DNA from: Alphaproteobacteria bacterium MarineAlpha3_Bin7
GTDB taxonomy: Bacteria; Pseudomonadota; Alphaproteobacteria; Rhodospirillales; UBA2165
Length of the DNA: 44,683 nt
Reading direction: 5' to 3'
Assembly (NCBI GenBank): GCA_002937995.1
Contig: PTLG01000002.1
Location: forward strand, 1 to 44,683
In this document: positions 42,633 through 44,683 of the stretch, piece after piece
How the letters are laid out: the number at the start of each line of letters is the position of its first letter
How positions within the stretch are numbered: position 1 is the stretch's first letter
Program-made: the position numbers and the translations under genes
The notes under the pieces: model-generated
Database searches by the model: none
The model's input: only the letters and a program-made list of their open reading frames with translations
What the model was told of the DNA's origin: nothing

Positions 42633-42761
42633 GTGTCATTTAAAGAGCGTTCGGCTAAAAAAATGAAGGCGGGGAAAAAAAATACGAGTTCGGCAAAGGG
42701 ACGTGAAGATAGATTGGCCAAAGCTTTAAGAGACAACTTACAGCGAAGAAAAAATAATTAA
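42633..42761 (+). CDS. Candidate 42-aa lysine/arginine-rich small protein
   Basis: GTG start 7 nt after AGGAG. Translation is [42 protein letters not shown]. The C-terminal [14 protein letters not shown] resembles small basic ORFs I recall from other alphaproteobacteria. It conflicts with the antisense track ORF at 42548..42736. Confidence 0.4.
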   Translation: MSFKERSAKKMKAGKKNTSSAKGREDRLAKALRDNLQRRKNN

Positions 42762-42862
42762 CTGATTTTTTTTGTCCTTGTGATACTAATCAAATAATCC
42801 AACCTAACAACTTAGGTTGCACCCTTGAAGGTGGTTATTTATCAAGTGGGGAAACAGCAGAA

Positions 42863-44149
42863 ATGGATAGAATCCATATTTTAGGTGGAGAAAGGCTAGA
42901 AGGCGAAGTATTAATTGGGGGCGCTAAAAATGCTGCTCTGCCTTTAATGGCATCCTCCCTTCTCTCCTCTTCTCCTTTAACTTTGAGTAATTTGCCACAT
43001 TTAGTTGATATTACTACCATGGTCCAATTGCTAGGTGATTTAGGTGTAAAAATCAGTATGGATGGAGATTCTCCAAATGGAGGTTACGCGGGCCGAGCAA
43101 TAAAAATGGATGCCTCTGAACCACTGGAAAAATCAGCGCCCTATGATCTAGTAAGGAAGATGAGAGCTTCAGTACTTGTTTTAGGCCCACTTTTGGCAAG
43201 GTGGGGTGAGGCAAAGGTGTCAATGCCTGGAGGTTGCGCGATAGGAACAAGACCTATTGATTTACATCTTTCGGCTTTAGAAGCTTTAGGTGCTACTATC
43301 GATTTAAAGGAAGGATATGTAAATGCAACTGCCCCTAACGGACTTAAGGGTTGTGAAATAAATTTTCCATTTGTTTCAGTGGGAGCTACAGAAAATATTT
43401 TAATGGCTTCTACGTTAGCTAAAGGTAAGACTATTATAAAGAATGCGGCTCGCGAGCCGGAAATAATTGATTTAGCAAATTGTTTAGCGGATATGGGCGC
43501 CAGCATTAATGGAGCTGGAACTGATACTATGGAGGTGGTAGGGACCGAGGAATTGAATGGCACTGATTATCAAATAATTCCCGATAGAATAGAGACAGGT
43601 ACTTATGCAATAGCCTCGGCAATTACCGGTGGAGACTTGCTGCTGAGAGGAGCAAGATTTGATACTTTGTCGGCATTTTTTTCCCTGCTCGGTAAAGCCG
43701 GCGTTGAAGTTATTCAGGAGAATAAAGGTGTGAGGATCAAGCGCACAACGGAGCAACTTGCCGCTGTTGACATTTATACAGAGCCATACCCAGGTTTTCC
43801 GACTGACATGCAGGCTCAGATTATGGCTTTAATGGCCGTTGCAAAGGGTAAATCTATAATTACAGAATCAATTTTTGAAAATAGATTTATGCATGTACCA
43901 GAATTATGCCGGATGGGTGCTGATATTGATGTTAATGGATCCTCAGCAACTGTTAACGGTGTTAGCAAACTTTCGGGTGCGGAATTGATGGCAACAGATT
44001 TAAGGGCTTCCGTCTCGCTTATACTTGCTGGCTTGGTAGCGAGGGGAGAGACTATAATTAATAGGGTCTATCATCTGGACCGCGGTTATGAACGCGTAGA
44101 AGAAAAACTAGGCATGTGCGGGGCTAATATTAAGCGAGTTAGCTTTTAG
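42863..44149 (+). CDS. murA: UDP-N-acetylglucosamine 1-carboxyvinyltransferase
   Basis: [13 protein letters not shown], the active-site loop [14 protein letters not shown] (catalytic Cys) and a conserved EPSP-synthase-fold body. Confidence 0.98.
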   Translation: MDRIHILGGERLEGEVLIGGAKNAALPLMASSLLSSSPLTLSNLPHLVDITTMVQLLGDLGVKISMDGDSPNGGYAGRAIKMDASEPLEKSAPYDLVRKMRASVLVLGPLLARWGEAKVSMPGGCAIGTRPIDLHLSALEALGATIDLKEGYVNATAPNGLKGCEINFPFVSVGATENILMASTLAKGKTIIKNAAREPEIIDLANCLADMGASINGAGTDTMEVVGTEELNGTDYQIIPDRIETGTYAIASAITGGDLLLRGARFDTLSAFFSLLGKAGVEVIQENKGVRIKRTTEQLAAVDIYTEPYPGFPTDMQAQIMALMAVAKGKSIITESIFENRFMHVPELCRMGADIDVNGSSATVNGVSKLSGAELMATDLRASVSLILAGLVARGETIINRVYHLDRGYERVEEKLGMCGANIKRVSF

Positions 44150-44267
44150 TCAATAAAATAGAGCTTTATTATTGTTTGCGTTGCGTTTTTTCCATTAGGG
44201 GCTGGAATTATTATAAAAACTGTAATAGATACCCCTTTTATACTAAGAAGATTTGGAGAAGTTAGAA

Positions 44268-44683
44268 TTGGTTTTGGATAATAAACTGATTATAGCCCTG
44301 CCGAAGGGTCGTATACTTGAAGACGTTTTGCCGTTACTTGAAGCAGTTGGGATAAAACCTGAAAAAGCTTTTTTTAATGATGACGAGAGAAGATTGTCTT
44401 TTTCAACGAATAATTCAAATTTAGACTTAATTCGGGTTAGAAGTATTGATATGGGTACTATAATATCTTTTGGGGGCGCACATTTTGGAATAGCGGGATC
44501 CGATGTTTTAACGGAAATAGATTCTCCAGAAATCTATACACCTGTTGATCTCGGAGTTGGCCAATGTCGGATGGTTGTAGCAGAACCAGCTAGCTTGGCA
44601 AAAGAAAATAACCCAAAATTACTAAGTCATATTAGAGTGGCTACGAAATACCCAGAAATTACCCGTCGGCACTTTGCCGCACA
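44268..44683 (+). CDS. hisG: ATP phosphoribosyltransferase (short-form HisG), N-terminal fragment; continues beyond the right edge
   Basis: Absent from the track because no stop codon falls in the window. From the TTG at 44268 (GGAG 9 nt upstream) it reads LVLDNKLIIALPKGRILEDVLPLLEAVGIKPE...IRVRSIDMGTIISFGGAHFGIAGSDVL...GQCRMVVAEP...IRVATKYPEITRRHF. Confidence 0.9.
   Translation, partial: MVLDNKLIIALPKGRILEDVLPLLEAVGIKPEKAFFNDDERRLSFSTNNSNLDLIRVRSIDMGTIISFGGAHFGIAGSDVLTEIDSPEIYTPVDLGVGQCRMVVAEPASLAKENNPKLLSHIRVATKYPEITRRHFAA

Noticed and set aside
42548-42736. 62-aa minus-strand ORF between tRNA-Thr and murA
   Set aside because: Implausible composition and no SD sequence. The plus-strand GTG ORF with AGGAG is a better explanation of the region, though itself unproven.

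Overview
This window looks like core chromosome from a fairly AT-rich (by eye) alphaproteobacterium, probably a free-living marine lineage. The gene order is classic for the class: sdhCDAB-zapE-mdh-sucCD, then xerC-DUF484-tal-priA-atpHAGDC, a stand-alone zinc-free rpmJ, a GapR/DUF2312 gene, and tRNA-Thr-murA-hisG. I call about 47 protein-coding genes and one tRNA-Thr(GGU). Genes are tightly packed and intergenic regions are short. I found no CRISPR array, transposase, phage module, recognisable defence system or large structured-RNA-sized gap. The only recombinase is the housekeeping XerC. The ORF track misses four items: a 5' fragment of an aldehyde dehydrogenase running off the left edge (minus strand), rpmJ (41 aa), a 5' fragment of hisG running off the right edge, and a candidate 42-aa basic ORF upstream of murA. 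Several track ORFs carry N-terminal extensions from upstream TTG/ATG codons that I trimmed (sdhA, atpD, tal, msrB, priA, aminotransferase, CoA-transferase, SDR). The less ordinary parts are: (1) an orphan protein with flagellin-like architecture and no flagellar neighbours; (2) an EgtD-type methyltransferase with no egtB, convergent with a GSCFA-domain protein, in an AT-rich block next to the tRNA-Thr 3' end; (3) a tight mce / MenB-BadI-like crotonase / CaiB-type CoA-transferase string; (4) a small, degenerate GIY-YIG-like ORF beside uvrB; (5) a perfect 13-1-13 palindrome in front of an Lrp-family regulator. I cannot point with confidence to a novel multi-gene system. These are hypotheses built on by-eye motif recognition and all need database or structure searches.
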